Of a stretch of 64,000 nucleotides of DNA, positions 1 through 25,907 are shown piece after piece; position 1 is the stretch's first letter, and each line of letters begins with the position of its first letter. The translations under genes and the position numbers were made by a program. The stretch comes from the human T2T-CHM13v2.0 reference genome, Homo sapiens. Where the stretch lies: assembly GCF_009914755.1 (NCBI RefSeq), contig NC_060925.1; one strand, written 5' to 3'. The notes under the pieces were generated by a model that did not search any database, was not told the origin of the DNA, and saw only the letters and a list, made by a program, of their open reading frames with translations.

Positions 1-99
1 TAGCAAAGAAATGGGAAATCGGCAGAGTGCGGTGGCTCACACCTATAGTCCCAGCACTTTGGGAGGCCAAGGTGGGCAGATCACAAGGTCAGGAGTTCA

Positions 100-333
<234 letters not shown>

Positions 334-345
334 TTAAGTCAACTA

Positions 346-2306
<1,961 letters not shown>

Positions 2307-2531
2307 TCATAGCACAGCAACGCCCCCTTCACAACGACTGGTGATCATGTTACCAATTTCTGTCCATGTATCTGAATGAGGGTTATAAACTTCAACTGAG
2401 TCCAAGGTACCTGGAGCCAAAAAATCATGGCTGGAAGATCGACCTCCAGAAACATACAGAAGACCATTGACTGCCACAACACACATGCCTGCTCTAGGCA
2501 CTTTCATTGAGGCAACTTCAACCCACTTTTC
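2307..2531 (-). CDS. IPP: IPP exon 9 coding part (last Kelch repeats, TGA stop)
   Basis: EKWVEVASMKVPRAGMCVVAVNGLLYVSGG...VEVYNPHSDTWTEIGNMITSRCEGGVAVL*; ccag acceptor; exon sum 292+432+156+168+138+123+221+225 = 1755 nt = 584 aa plus stop. Confidence 0.97.
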   Translation of the reverse strand, partial: EKWVEVASMKVPRAGMCVVAVNGLLYVSGGRSSSHDFLAPGTLDSVEVYNPHSDTWTEIGNMITSRCEGGVAVL

Positions 2532-3610
2532 CTGGTTAAGAGAGAAAAAAAAAATATGTTAGCAGTGTTATGAAATGATAGTAAAGAAATCCACTGAGAA
2601 ATTCGATATCCCAGTTCTTTTTACATGTTTAAATGTAAAACTATCTAGTCAGGTAAGCATACAGATTTTTTTTTCTTTTTTTTGCTTTGTTTTTTCCTTG
2701 GAGACAGGGTCTCGCTCTGTCACCCAGGCTGGAATGCACAGCAACGATCTCGGCTCAGCGCAGCCTCAACCTCCCAGACTCAAGAGCTCCTCTTGCCTCA
2801 GCCTCCTGAGTAGGTAGGACTACAGGTGTACACCACCACACCTAGCTAATTTTTCTATTGTAGAGATGGAATTTCACCATGTTGTCCAGGATGGTCTTAA
2901 ACTCCTAAACTCAAGTGATTGTCCCACCTCAGCCTCCCACAGTGCTAGGATTACAGGTGTAAGCCACAGCACCCGGCCCAGAATATTTTAAAATAAACTT
3001 GAAGTGGGCATGAACAAAGTAAATTTAGAGGAATATAATTTTTTAAAAGGTCTGATTATAAAACATGATCAGGAAATGACCTAGAACTCATACACAGGAC
3101 AACATTCTAAGAAACAAAGTCTATGGAATACAAGTAGGTAATACACTCAAAAATAAGCAAATAAAAACAAAAGAACCACAAAGCTCCAAGGAGAAAGAAG
3201 CTTATAAACCAAAGGATTTTTTAAAAGCCTTTAGTATTTTAATGAGTCTTAAAAATGTCCAAGAGAATGACACAGCATGGAACACCTGACAAATTTATTT
3301 GACCATGGAATCCTTTTTACAAGGAGCATCCAGTGGAGTTAGTAATCTGCAGAACATATTTTCAAAAAGGTGGGCTAACCAGGGGTTGGGAACTATAGTC
3401 TACTTTGGTATAGCCTGAGAACAAACAATGATTTTCCCATATTAAAAGGTATTTTTTAAAAAAAGACAAAGCATATATCAAAAAAGGATATTGTGTATGG
3501 CCCACAGGCCAAAAATATTTACTATCTGGGCTTTTACACAAAAAGTTTGCTAACTCCTGTTATACATCATTCCCTGAAGAAATTTCAATGTGCTGCTATA
3601 GCCAAAATGA

Positions 3611-3799
<189 letters not shown>

Positions 3800-3814
3800 T
3801 AGTATTTTTGGTAG

Positions 3815-4003
<189 letters not shown>

Positions 4004-4745
4004 TAGGAGAGCAAAGAGCAAGTGGCCAGGTAATGGGAGAACAGATTATCAATCTTTAAATAAAGCATATGATGAACAAAGTTTTTTTAATCATAAATAG
4101 TGAAGACTGATTATTCATCAATGCTAGAAAGTAAATTTTTGAGGACAGGGACTTGAGCTTCTCATCCCAGTACCCACATAGGTACTAGGATAGTGCCATC
4201 ATATTATAAACAGTTAGTGTATGTTTGCTGATGTGAACTTAAATAAGATTATGAAATACTAAACCAGGGACAATTCTTTGAAAGTGAAGGACTAGATTAA
4301 ATTTGAAAGCTATTTGATCATCTGAAATTACACAGCACATCACAAAACTGACACAACTGAAAAATACTTACATTTTAAAATATAAATACATTCTCAAGAA
4401 GATCCATTTCTGGTTAAGATAAATTAGGATAATTTAGGTTATGTTTGTAATTAGGGAGAACCTTTGCTCTCCCACAAAATGCCCCTTGACAATAACAAAG
4501 GGACCTTAGGGCTCATCCTATATTGTTCTTCTTTCATTTCTACCAGTGTATTAGAACTACAGTTTAATTTTTAAATTTTTATTACTTTATTTTTGATTTA
4601 ATTGACATGTTCTCATCTAATATAATTTGCTTTTTATCCCATGTTACCTCAAAAAAAAAAAAACTCTGTAAGAACACTAACAAGTTTTACATTATCTTTT
4701 CTGGATTTGTAACACAAATTGTTAGTAGGTAGTCAATAACAATAA

Positions 4746-5117
<372 letters not shown>

Positions 5118-5315
5118 TAATTTGAAACTAAAATCTATTCATTTCAAAGCCATATAGAAAAATTAGCAACAGAAAGTGCCCTCAAAAAGTTCACTTTCTA
5201 TATTAGATAAACTCAAATAGGATCATGGAGAAAGGAATTTGAAATGTCACCAAAGTTTAAAACTTGTCAGAAATGAGAATCAAAATCCTTATGCTTTACA
5301 ACAAGACATGAAAGT

Positions 5316-8205
<2,890 letters not shown>

Positions 8206-8309
8206 TAAAACCCTCCTACTTAAAAAAAAAAAAAAAAGTAGAAAAAAAAACTTAACTTTTTTTTTTTTTTGAGATGGAGTCTCGCCCAGGCTGGAGTACA
8301 GTTGGGTAA

Positions 8310-8717
<408 letters not shown>

Positions 8718-9368
8718 TAAAGATTCATAAAGTACATTATTGTACTAAATTCTGTAAAGAAGTCCTGTGGTAAAGAAACTAATTTAACCTGGTTTAACCC
8801 AGATTTCCTTGAATATAGTTGACCAGGGAAACTCAAGTTACTCAATTCCTATTAACAGTGCAAAAAATTAGTATTCCATGGAAATTAATTCGGAAAAAGC
8901 TGGCCTAACCTGTAAGTCTAGGGCATAACACACTTTGTACTTCACTTTCCCAGCACTTAACACATTGTAACATAACTGACTATTTATTTCTCGTATTCCT
9001 CAATGCAATGTAGCCTCCTTGAGAGCAGTGGCTGTATATGTTGAGTTTGTTCTTGTTTCTGCCTGGCATGGTGTCTGATCCATACTTACATACTAAGAAG
9101 TCTGTATTTGTGAATGAATAAATGAGCTAATGAACAAATACATGACAGAACAGTGACTCAGTGAAGATGCAACCTCCTGTCTCCTACCTTTCTCTTCTCT
9201 TCTCTTACTATAAGCATAATTGTGTCAACCCAGGAACTGAGGGAATGAGGGAACCCTGGGGAATTCACCTAGGCAGTGACTGGATGGGTCACTGGAGATG
9301 TTAGATGGAGAAGACAGCTGGTATGGTAAGAAAATTGGCTTCATTTAGCAAATAAGTAAATTGAATGA

Positions 9369-9623
<255 letters not shown>

Positions 9624-9905
9624 TAGCAATCCACCCGCCTCGGCCTCCCCAAGTGCTGGGATTACCGGCGTGAGACACCGCGCCCGGCGGAAGCAAAGTC
9701 TTTAACTGACAGAAAAGGTATTTACAACATGGAAAGGGAGAAGGCCTGAAAAAACCTGGTGTACTAGAATTGGAGCTATCATTATGAATTCATGGTTTTA
9801 CAATATAACTGCACAAATAGATATAGAAATATTTACAGATGAATATGTGTGTGAAAACCTGTTTACATACATACATTTCCTAGCTCTGTTTACTGAGGGT
9901 GGCTA

Positions 9906-10352
9906 TGAGGTAGAAGGTGGTGAATCAACTCCAGACAAGATTGAAGACTAGCTGAAACAGGGAAGAGGCGAAAGCAACTCTCTGTAAGACACACCCACCA
10001 GTGCCCTGTCAGTTTACCATTGCCAGTGGCAACACCCAGAAGTTACTGTCCTTTCCATGGCAACAACCCAGAAGTACCACCCTTTTTCTAGAAAATTCTG
10101 AATAACCCACCACTTAATTTGCACATAATTAAAAGTAGGTATAAATGACTGCAGAACTGCCTCTGAGCTGCTACTCTCAACACACTGTCTATGGAGTAGC
10201 CCCGCTCTGCAGAAGTAGTTACAGAGCTGTAACACTGCCACCTCAATAAGGTTGTTTTCTTCTACCACCAGCTTGCTCTTAAATTCCATCCTGAGCAAGG
10301 CCAAGAACATTCCTGGGCTAAGCCCAATTTGGGGCTCTCCTGCCCTGCTACA
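9906..10352 (+). mobile_element. Solo LTR, MER41-family-like
   Basis: TG...CA termini, GCTA TSD (9902-9905, 10353-10356), TATAAAT near 10140, CCATGGCAAC-like motifs and a 3' end resembling MER41. Confidence 0.8.
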
Positions 10353-10751
10353 GCTAGAAGCAGCAACATCCAAGTAGCATTTAGTACTCTAAGTGTGTAC
10401 ATCTTGGTTTCTAAATACTGTCCTTCACCAAAAGGAAATAAGGCTTCTTGAAGAAATGGCTGATTCCAGGGCTAAAGCAGAAAAAGTATAAGATAAACTG
10501 AAAATATTTCTGCCGGAAAATAAAGAAATGCTGAATGAATGACAGTAATGTATCAAAAGGACACAGGAGGGATTTCCATTTCCAGACATAATAGATCAAT
10601 TGTTACCAAACTTGCCCTCTGACCCTAAAGACCTAGAAAACTAGATAAAACATGAAACAAAACTTTTAGGCATTAGGCCAGGTGCGGTGATGGCTCACGC
10701 CTGTAATCCCAGCACTTTGGGAGGCTGAGGTGGGCAGATCACTTGAGGTCA

Positions 10752-11069
<318 letters not shown>

Positions 11070-11499
11070 TTATGCCTGGAGGGGCTTTTTGAAAACAGGT
11101 ACGCAGAAGGGGATCTCAAGCAGTGCATGATAGTCAGCTGATACAGGAGACAGAGATCAGAGTTTGGTACAGTATACAGGTCCCCTTCAGTCTTTGACTG
11201 AATACTACTAATCTATGCATGCTAAGGTGAGATTCCGTGGGTACAGGCAAAGGACAACTAATGGGAGGAGTTGTAAGCTGAGTAATTCCTAGAGCTCACA
11301 CAAGGCTATGAGATATTTGAGTTCTGACCAACCAAAGTGAAGATAATTTGTTGAACACCTGGGGCAATCAGCAGAGACCCAAAAAGAGTCATGCTTTAGT
11401 AATAGGGATAAACTAGATCTAAAGGAAGGGCTACTCTAGACCTTCCCTACAAAGCCTTAAAACAAGTCTCAAGCTGGGTACCATGGCATGTATCTGTAG

Positions 11500-11783
<284 letters not shown>

Positions 11784-12389
11784 TAGTAGAGACAGGGTTT
11801 CACCATGTTGGCCAGGCTGATCTCGAACTCCTTACCTCAGTGATCCACCCATCTTGGCCTCCCAAAGTGCTGGGATTATAGGTGTGAGCCACTGCACCCA
11901 GCCTAAATAATTTTTTTAAGTCTCAAAAATATCAGTCTGATTTGCAAATAATTGAATTATTTAACAAAACAAAATTCAACACTTAAAAGAAGAAAACAAA
12001 ATCCAAATACTCAGCAGCATAATATTTACAATGTCTACCATCTAATCAAAAGTTAATAGAAATGTGGAGAAGCCAGAAAAAATGTTACTCAAACCAGGAA
12101 TTTAAAAAGTCAACAAGGCACCATAGTGCATGTCTGTAGTACTAGTTACTCAGGAGGCTGAAGCAGAAAGACCACTTGAGCTTAGGAGTTTGATGCCACC
12201 CTGAGCAACACAGCAAAACCTTGTCTCTAAAATTTTACAAGTCAACAGATACATATCCAAACATGACAGAGATGATGAAATTAGAAAAGACTTTAGGCTG
12301 GGCACAGTGGCTTACGCCTGTAATCCCAGCACTTTCGGAGGCCGAGGCGGGTGGATCATGAGGTCAGGAGATCGAGACCATCCTGGCTA

Positions 12390-12777
<388 letters not shown>

Positions 12778-13154
12778 CTAAAGGATTAATAAACTTGAAG
12801 ACAGAGCAAAACAAACTAGACAAACTGAAGCATAGAGAGAAAAGAGTGGGAAAAACTTAGCAGAGCCTCAATGGCTGTGGGACAATATTGGGTGGTCTTA
12901 CATATATATATATAATTGGAATCCCAGAAAGACAAGAGAATATTTGAAAAAATATGGCAGAAAACATTCCAACTTGATTAAAGCTATAATCCCACAGATT
13001 CAAGAAGTTCAATGAATTCCAAAAAGGTTAAACAAAAATAACAAGGCACATCATAATCAAATTACTGAAGACCCATGATGAGGAGAAAATCTTAAAAGCT
13101 GCGGAAGAAAAAACACGTTACATATGGAGGAACAAAGACAAAAATTACTACTGA

Positions 13155-13425
<271 letters not shown>

Positions 13426-13728
13426 TAGCCAGGATGCTCTCAATCTCCTGACCTCCTGATCTGCCCGCCTCGGCCTCCCAAAGTGCTGGAGTAACAGGCG
13501 TGAGCCACCGCGCCCAGCCCAGGGTGATTAAAGATAAAAAAAAGCAACCTAGGGCCAGGCGCGGTGGCTCACATCTGTAATCCCAGCACTTTGGGAGGCC
13601 GAGGCAGGTGGATTACCTGAGGCCAGGAGTTCAAGACCAGCCTGGCCAACATGGTGAAACCCCGTCTTTAGGAATAACACAAAAATTAACCAAGTGTGGT
13701 GGTACACACCTGTAATACCAGCTACTCA

Positions 13729-13827
<99 letters not shown>

Positions 13828-13863
13828 TCACCTCCAAAAAAAAAAAAAAAAAAAAGCAACCTA

Positions 13864-14072
<209 letters not shown>

Positions 14073-14075
14073 TCA

Positions 14076-14243
<168 letters not shown>

Positions 14244-14402
14244 CTAAGAGAAGTTCATCACCATCACCACCAGACCTGCACTGGAAGAAATATTAAGAGA
14301 AGCTCTTTGGCTGGGTGCGGTGGCTCACACTTGTAATCCCAGCCCTTTGGGAGGCCAAGACAGGCAGATCACGAGGTCAGGAGCTCGAGACCATCCTGGC
14401 TA

Positions 14403-16032
<1,630 letters not shown>

Positions 16033-16708
16033 TAGCCAGGGTGGTCTCGATCTCCTGACCTCATGATCTGCCTGCCTCGGCCTCCCAAAGTGCTGGGATT
16101 ACAGGCGTGAGCCACCGCGCCTGGCCCTGTGGTCTATTTTTTAATTCAGTTTGACAATCGCTGACTTTAAATGGCTTTTAGAGTTTATACTATTTATATT
16201 CTATGTAATTACAAATATGGTCAGTTTGTAGACTCCTATTTTGCTGTTTGTTTGCTCTCGTTCTTTTTCTTGAGACAGCCTTGGTCTGTTGCTCAGGCTG
16301 GTGGTGCAGTGGCTTGATCTCATCTCACTGCAACCTCTGCCTCCCAGGTTCAAGTGATTCTCCTGACTCAGCCTCCTGAGTAGCTGAGATTACAGGTGCC
16401 TGCCACCATCCCTCCTAATTTTTGTATTTTTTGTAAAGCTGAGGTTTCACCATGTTGGTCAGGCCGGTCTAGAACTCCTGACCTTGAGTGATTCCCCCGA
16501 CCCTGGCCTCCCAAAGTGCTGGCATTATAGGTGTGAGACACCATGCCTGGCCTTGCCATTTGTTTTCTGTTTATGAAATCCATTCTTTGATTCTTTTTTC
16601 CTCTTTTCGTCTTTATGTTGATTGTTTTAGTATTCCATTTTATCTCTTTTATTGTCTAGTTAGCTATATTTCTTCACCTTTTTTCTTGGTGATTGCTTTA
16701 GAGTTTTA

Positions 16709-17809
<1,101 letters not shown>

Positions 17810-17986
17810 GGTTTACATTATGTATTTTTGGTGTATCAAATCCGCAATATCATACTGTATCACTTGAAAGTAAGGAACTTACAAAAATATACTTTTGCCA
17901 AGCACAGCGGCTCACGCCTGTAATCCAGCACTCTGGGAGACAGAGGCGGGTGGATCACCTGAGGTCAGGAGTTCAAGACCAGCCTA

Positions 17987-18226
<240 letters not shown>

Positions 18227-19797
18227 TCACGCCTATAATCCTAGCACTTTGGGAGGCCGAGGTGGGTGGATCCCGAGGTCAGGAGATGGAGACCATCCCA
18301 GCCAACATGGTGAAACCCCATCTCTACTAAAATAGAAAAGAAAAAAAAAATTAGCCAGGCATGGTGGCGGGTGCTTGTAGTCCCAGCTACTCGGGAGGCT
18401 GAGGCAGGGAATTGCTTGAACCTGGGAGGCGGAGGTTGTAGTGAGCCAAGATCACGCCATTGCACTTCAGCCTGGCAACAGAGTGAAAACTCCGTCTCAA
18501 AACAAAAAACAAAAAAAACCAGACCACAACTATGTGCTGTCTAGAAGTGCAGTTTGTAAAGACACAGAAGTAGAAGGAAAGAAGAAGATAAAATATACCA
18601 TGAAAACACTAATGAAAAGAAAGCTTAGAGGCTGGGTGCAATGGCTCACACCTGTAATCCTAGCACTTTGGGAGGCCAAGGTGGGCAGATCACTTGAGGT
18701 CAGGAGTTTGAGACCAGTCTGGCCAACACAGCAAAACCCCATCTCTACTAAAAATACAAAAAGTAGCTGGGTGTGGTGGCACATGCCTGTATTCCCAGCT
18801 ACGTGGGTGGTTGAGGCACAAGAATCGCTTGAACCCAGGAGACAGAGGTTGCAGTGAGCTCTGATCATGCCACTGTACTCTAGCTTAGGCGTCAGAGTAA
18901 GACTCTGTCACAAAAAAAAAAAAAAAAGTAGACTTCAGTATAAAGAATATTACCAGAGATAAAAATCAAAGAATCCATTCATTAAGAAGACATAATAAAC
19001 TTAATGGGTACGCATCTAATAATGGATCTTCAAAATATGTGAAGCTAAACCTGACAGAAATGAAAGGAGAAACAGACAAATCCATAATTATAGATGGACA
19101 TTCCAACACTCCTTTTTTAAAAACTGACAGAACAATTGTGCAAGTAGGACAGACAAGGGAAGATCTGAATGACACTAAAAAACCAACTTGAGGCCAGGAG
19201 TGGTGGCTTACACCTGTAATTCCAGCACTTTGGGAGGCCGAGTCGGGTGGATTGCTTGAGGTCATGAGTTCGAGACCAGTCTGGCCAGCATGGTGAAACC
19301 CTGGCTCTACTAAAAAAATACAAAAATCAACCAGGCATGGTGGCGCGTGCCTGTAATCCCAGCTACTCGGGAGGCTGAGGCAGGAGAATCACTTGAACCT
19401 GGGAGGCCAAGTTTGCAGTGAGCTGAGCAGCCTGGTGACTGAGCAAGACGACGTCTAAAAAAAAAAAAAAAAAGCAACCAACTTGACTTAATGGACATTA
19501 GAACACCACATTCAACAATAGCAGAATACAAATTCTTTTCAGATGTACATGACGTATTAATAAGACAGAAGCAATACAAAATATGTTTTCTGATTATAGT
19601 AGAAATAAATTAGAAGTCAATAATAAAAGATTTATCTGGAAAATCCCCACATATTTTTAAATTAAATAATGTTGTTCTTACAACCCATTAGTCAAACAAG
19701 AAATTACCAGAAAAATTTAAAAAAGAAAAAAAAGGCCGGGCACGGTGGGCTCATGCCTGTAATCCCAGCACTTTGGGAGGCCGAGGCAGGAAGATCA

Positions 19798-20010
<213 letters not shown>

Positions 20011-20391
20011 TCAAAAAAAAAAAGAAAAAAAAAAAAAATATATATATATATACACACCATCCGCCTTGGGCTCCCAAAGTGCTGGGTTTACAGGCATGTG
20101 CCACCACACCTGACCTAAAAAATATTTTAATATAAATGCCAACTAATTAAAAGGCAACATATCAAAATATGTGGGATGAAATTAAAGCAGTGCTTGAAGA
20201 GAATTTACAGTTTCTATTATAGAAAAAGGAAGGTCTAAAATCGATCATCTAAGCTTCCACTTTAAGAATCTAGAAAAAAAGAGCTGAGATTGTTGGGATT
20301 TGGGGAGCGCAGTGGCTCCGAAAGATCTGTAATGCCAGTGCTTTGGGATGCCAAGGCAGGAGAATCGCTTAAGACCAGGAGTTTGAGATCA

Positions 20392-20796
<405 letters not shown>

Positions 20797-21405
20797 TCAC
20801 TGCAGCCTTGACCTCCTAGGCTCAAGTGATCCTCCCACCTCATCCCCCTGAGTAGCTAGAACCACAGGTGCATACCACCATGCCCAACTAATTTTGTTAT
20901 TTATTATACAGTCTCACTATGCTGTTCACGCTGGTCTTGAACTCCTGGGCTCAAGCTATCCTCTCATCTTGGCTTCCCAAAGTGCTGGGATTACAGGCGT
21001 GGGCCACCACGCCTAGCAGTACAAAAAAAGTTTTTTTTTTAATTAACTTGGCAGGAGTTCAATGTTACAGTGAGCTATGATTATATCAGTGCACTCCAGC
21101 TGGGCAACAGAGCAAGACCCTGTCTCTTAAAAAATTAAAAAATAAATAAATAGTCTAGAAAAAGAAGAGCAAACTCAATCAAAAACAAATAGGAAAAATG
21201 GAAAAGTAAGAACAGAAATCAATAAAACAGAAAATTGACAATAGAAGAAAAGCAGTGACACCAAAAGTTTCTTCTTTGGAAAGAAAAAAGGGGAAAAAAA
21301 TCCACGAATGATCAATATCATGAGTGAAAAAGAGTGCATCACCACAGATCTTACAGACATTAAAAGAATATCAGGATACTAAATATCTGAAATCATCCAA
21401 CCTAC

Positions 21406-21626
21406 CTCTTCAAAGGAATATTTTTCTACAGTATGAAGAGCATCTTGGGTCTCATTCCATCCTCCAACAGAATAGATGCAGTCATTGAGTGCAGCCACAC
21501 CAAGATATGCTCTCCTGGTTCCCATTGGAGGAAGTGGAGACCAACGCTTAGAAAGTGGATCATAGACTTCAAAAGAACGAAGTTCTATTCCTTCATTGCT
21601 GATGCCCCCAATTACATAAATTAAAC
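21406..21626 (-). CDS. IPP: IPP exon 8 (Kelch); absent from the supplied ORF track
   Basis: Manual translation gives GLIYVIGGISNEGIELRSFEVYDPLSKRWSPLPPMGTRRAYLGVAALNDCIYSVGGWNETQDALHTVEKYSFEE; ccag acceptor, GAG|GTAGG donor; 221 nt, phase 1-0. Confidence 0.95.
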
Positions 21627-22249
21627 CTGGAAGTGGAATATTTTTGCTCAGATGCTACAGATAGTGAGATACAAATAATGATGAAAAGTAATGATTGTGA
21701 TCTATGTTTCCAATGCCGATGCTATGTTTAATCTAGGGCTTACATTATTATTTAAGAGAGAAAATCAACTTTGTCAACTTTATCACCTCACTATTCAGCA
21801 AGTTGCAAAAAATTAGTGGAATTAATTTAAAATAGCATTGAGTTTTCAAATAACTTGAAATAATCTGTCAGCTAAGGATTTTCTATCTAATTGTCTGCTT
21901 GGTGATCTCAGGTTCCAGATCCACCCATAGATAAAACAGGAAAGGAACATGGATTTTCTTTTCCCTAAAAAATGTCATGCACTTAAGCTGGGAATTACAT
22001 GGCCCTCTTTAGTGACAGCCTATCTGTTGCTCAGATGGACATAAAGTAGGGAATTTAAATTTAAATAGTATATGGCTAAATTAAGATATCAGAATCAATT
22101 ACTACAGTACACAGCTGGGTGTAGTGGTTCACAATCCCAGTACTTTGGGAGGACAGGGCAGGCGGATCACTTGAGCTTGAGACCAACCTGGGCAAAAAAT
22201 ACAAAATTAGCCAGGCATGGTGGTGTGTGCCTGCAGTCCCAGCTACTTA

Positions 22250-22375
<126 letters not shown>

Positions 22376-22613
22376 TTACTACGGTAAAATATAATGTAAT
22401 TTACATAAAATTTCCTTATAAACTCTGGCAATCTACAATTATTTTTGAATCTCTAGTGTTGTACTTCATCTTCTAAAGTGAGGAGTTACAAAGAATTATA
22501 TTTTAAGAAATGTGGGCTAGGCCGGGCGCGGTGGCTCACGCCTGTAATCCCAGCACTTTAGGGGGCCAAGGTGGGCAGATGACGAGGTCAGGAGATTGTG
22601 ATCATCCTGGCTA

Positions 22614-22830
<217 letters not shown>

Positions 22831-23644
22831 TTAGTATAGTAAACTTGGGTTTTAGTTCCAGCCTTGCCAGTAACCAGCTATGAGAAAAGATAACTCACAA
22901 CCTTCCTGATCTTCAGCTTCCTCATCTATAACTTAAAGAAGTTGACATAGATAAGTTCAAAGATCCCTTTCTAGCTAGCTCTATGATTTCAGATGGGATG
23001 ATAAAAATAATAAATATAAAACAACTAGGAGACAATATCATATTAAACAGTAAGATATAGTCTGCACTGCATAATTTGCTAATGGAAATCAGAGAAGGTA
23101 ACCACAGAGCAGAAAGAACTTTAGCAGGTTAGGCTGTCATACAACAATGGGAAAGTTGCTTTCTTCTCCACAGGTGCATAAAAATCAGCTCTCCAATCCT
23201 ACACAGAGAATTAGGTTCTAGTTAAAACAGCTTACTACCTACCTCTCAAGAGTATAGTAGACAATTAAAATAATGTTTGTATACCACTTTAATATGCAAC
23301 ATAGAATCCTTTAAATCTGTCACAGGATTATATGTTATGTGAGCGGCATCACAATGTACTTTGTAGAAAAAAAACGCTAAAGAAGCCTATAGACCATGAA
23401 AATAATTTATTTTTATTTATTTTTTGAGATAGAGTCTCACTGTTACCCAGGCTGCAGTGCAGTGGCACCATCTCGCTCACTGCAACCTCTGCCTCCTGGG
23501 TTCAAGCAATTATCCTGCCTCAGCCTCCCTAGTAGCTGGGATTACAGGTGTGTAGTAACATGCCCAGCTAATTTTTGTATTTTTAGTAGAAATGAGGTTT
23601 CACCACGTTGGCCAGGATGGTCTCGAACTCCTAACCTCAGGTGA

Positions 23645-23833
<189 letters not shown>

Positions 23834-24054
23834 TAATTCTAGCCTTGTTTATTTCTGAAAAAATCAAATCAATTATTTTAGCAATACAGAAATAAAAGTC
23901 AATGATAGGAGGTAAAAAGCAGAACTTCTATGCTGCTAGTATCAGTCATTCAATACTAACAGACTTAAAATATACTTTTGTGAAAATAAGGCCTCAAACT
24001 CAAACAGTTTTTCAGAACTACATTTTGAGGAAAAATATTTTATAAAGTGATTAC

Positions 24055-24177
24055 CTTGCATTTCACAGCACCCAAAGTAGTAGCGTGACACAGCCATGTT
24101 ACCAACTACTTCCCATTTATTTTCATCAGGATCAAATCGTTCAATGGTGTTCCCTATCTCAGCTCCAACCCATCCAC
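24055..24177 (-). CDS. IPP: IPP exon 7 (Kelch)
   Basis: GGWVGAEIGNTIERFDPDENKWEVVGNMAVSRYYFGCCEMQ; tacag acceptor, CAAG|GTAATC donor; 123 nt, phase 1-1. Confidence 0.96.
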
Positions 24178-25507
24178 CTGTAATGAAATAGAAAAATGTT
24201 TGTTTCCGGGATAAAAGATTCTTATTTATGACAAAGACCTTAGAAAACATCTAAACCAAATACTTCATATTATAGATATCACATGAGCCAAAGAGGTTAT
24301 CTGTTCCACGATCCCATGAAAAAGTTAGAATTTGACCATGAGTAGAACTCAGGTCCTTTGCATAACTGATGCTCTTTTGAGAAAAAAAAAAAAAAAAAAA
24401 GGAATTCAAGTCTTTTAACTCCCTATTTTTCACTAAAGACTAAAACAAAACAAAACAACAAAAGCCCCAAAACTTCAATATATTGCATGGAAAAGATGGT
24501 ATTTTGCAAAACTACCTTTTGAAATTACTTCTGGCTATTTAGAATGTTTATCCTAATCAAGGCCAGCTCCAAACCTAATCAGAGTATACCGTGTATTTGG
24601 TGTAATTTCAGGAATTTCAAAAAGGCCCCTTATCCCCACAATAACATTTTCTTAACACTCTCCAATTCTTTTTTTTTTTGAGATGGAGTCTCACTGTGTC
24701 ACCCAGGCTGGAGTGCAGTGGTGCAATCTCGGCTCAGGCTCAGTGCAAGCTCCACCTCCTGGGTTCATGCCATTCTCCTGCCTCAGCCTCCGGAGTAGCT
24801 GAGACTACAGGCGCCCACCACCACGCCCAGCTAATTTTGTTTGTATTTTTAGTAGAGACAGGGTTTCACCATGTTAGCCAAGTTGGTCTCGATCTCCTGA
24901 CTTCATGATCCGCCCGCCTCAGCCTCCCAAAGTGCTGGGATTACAGGCGTAAGCCACCATGTCCAGCCAACACTCTCCAATTCTTAAAACTGAAAATATT
25001 ATTTCCCACAATTAACTGAAAAATGCAGATACTTATGGAGGTAATAAAATATAATAGATTAAATTCACCTTAAGGTAACTGATATTTTTTCCACAATAGG
25101 TTTGGATGAGGGGAAGACACTGAGTTACAGTGAACTGAAGAAGGAGTGAGAAGGAGAAAATAGGGGAGGCTGAGAGCTACATCAACTTATAACTTTCCCT
25201 AGGAACAACCTTGATTGTAACATTTGTTACACAGATAATCAAAGTAGAATACCTTGCTCATAATCATTCACTACATATACAAGAATAAAAATAATATAGT
25301 ACAGAACTTCCTTGTGATATATTTAATTTTTTGGTATGTGCTTTCTTATATTAGACATAATTAGGCCACTATGCAGGGTGGTAAAAATGTTATATGCTTA
25401 ATTAAAATAATGAGATTTAACTACTCAGCTAAAGTACTTCACTGGATGTCTCATCTATATTTTATCTCCAGTAATACAATTTTGAGAATAAGAATTTAAA
25501 GAGCTGA

Positions 25508-25823
25508 CAAGTGCATCTACAGCATACAGTAGCTCCAGAGATACCTGCAGAAGAATGTGTGTGACTAGCAGCTTGGTCAGCCAGCCAACTGGCCAGGCAG
25601 GCATCTACCATCTGCCCAAGAACTGATGCATCTGCCCAACAAGGCTCTGCCCTGCAGGTGCTCAGGTCCTCCTGTACCATCCCGCGCCTGAGTGCCTCCT
25701 TAGGATGGACAGCCCAGGAGCACCCCCTCCAATCCCTGACCAGCTGACCCCCACCTACACCTTCCCCTAAGACCTTGCCCAGCCTCCAGAGTATACAGAT
25801 TAAAGCCAGTTGGTTTTTAAAAA
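25508..25823 (+). pseudogene. Short processed-pseudogene fragment (mRNA 3' end) of unidentified parent
   Basis: GC-rich island in an AT-rich intron; ATTAAA 25799-25804; short A tail; 18-bp TSD with one mismatch at 25490-25507 and 25824-25841. Confidence 0.75.
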
Positions 25824-25907
25824 AAGAATGTAAAGAGCTGAAAAGAGGGAAAGAACATCTCCAAAGTCATCAGAACCCAATAATTTAAATAATATTAGCT
25901 ATCTTTA

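Noticed and set aside
21433-21624. Plus-strand ORFs at 21433, 36684, 36718, 48280 and 61184
   Set aside because: Antisense shadows of real minus-strand IPP exons or of env.
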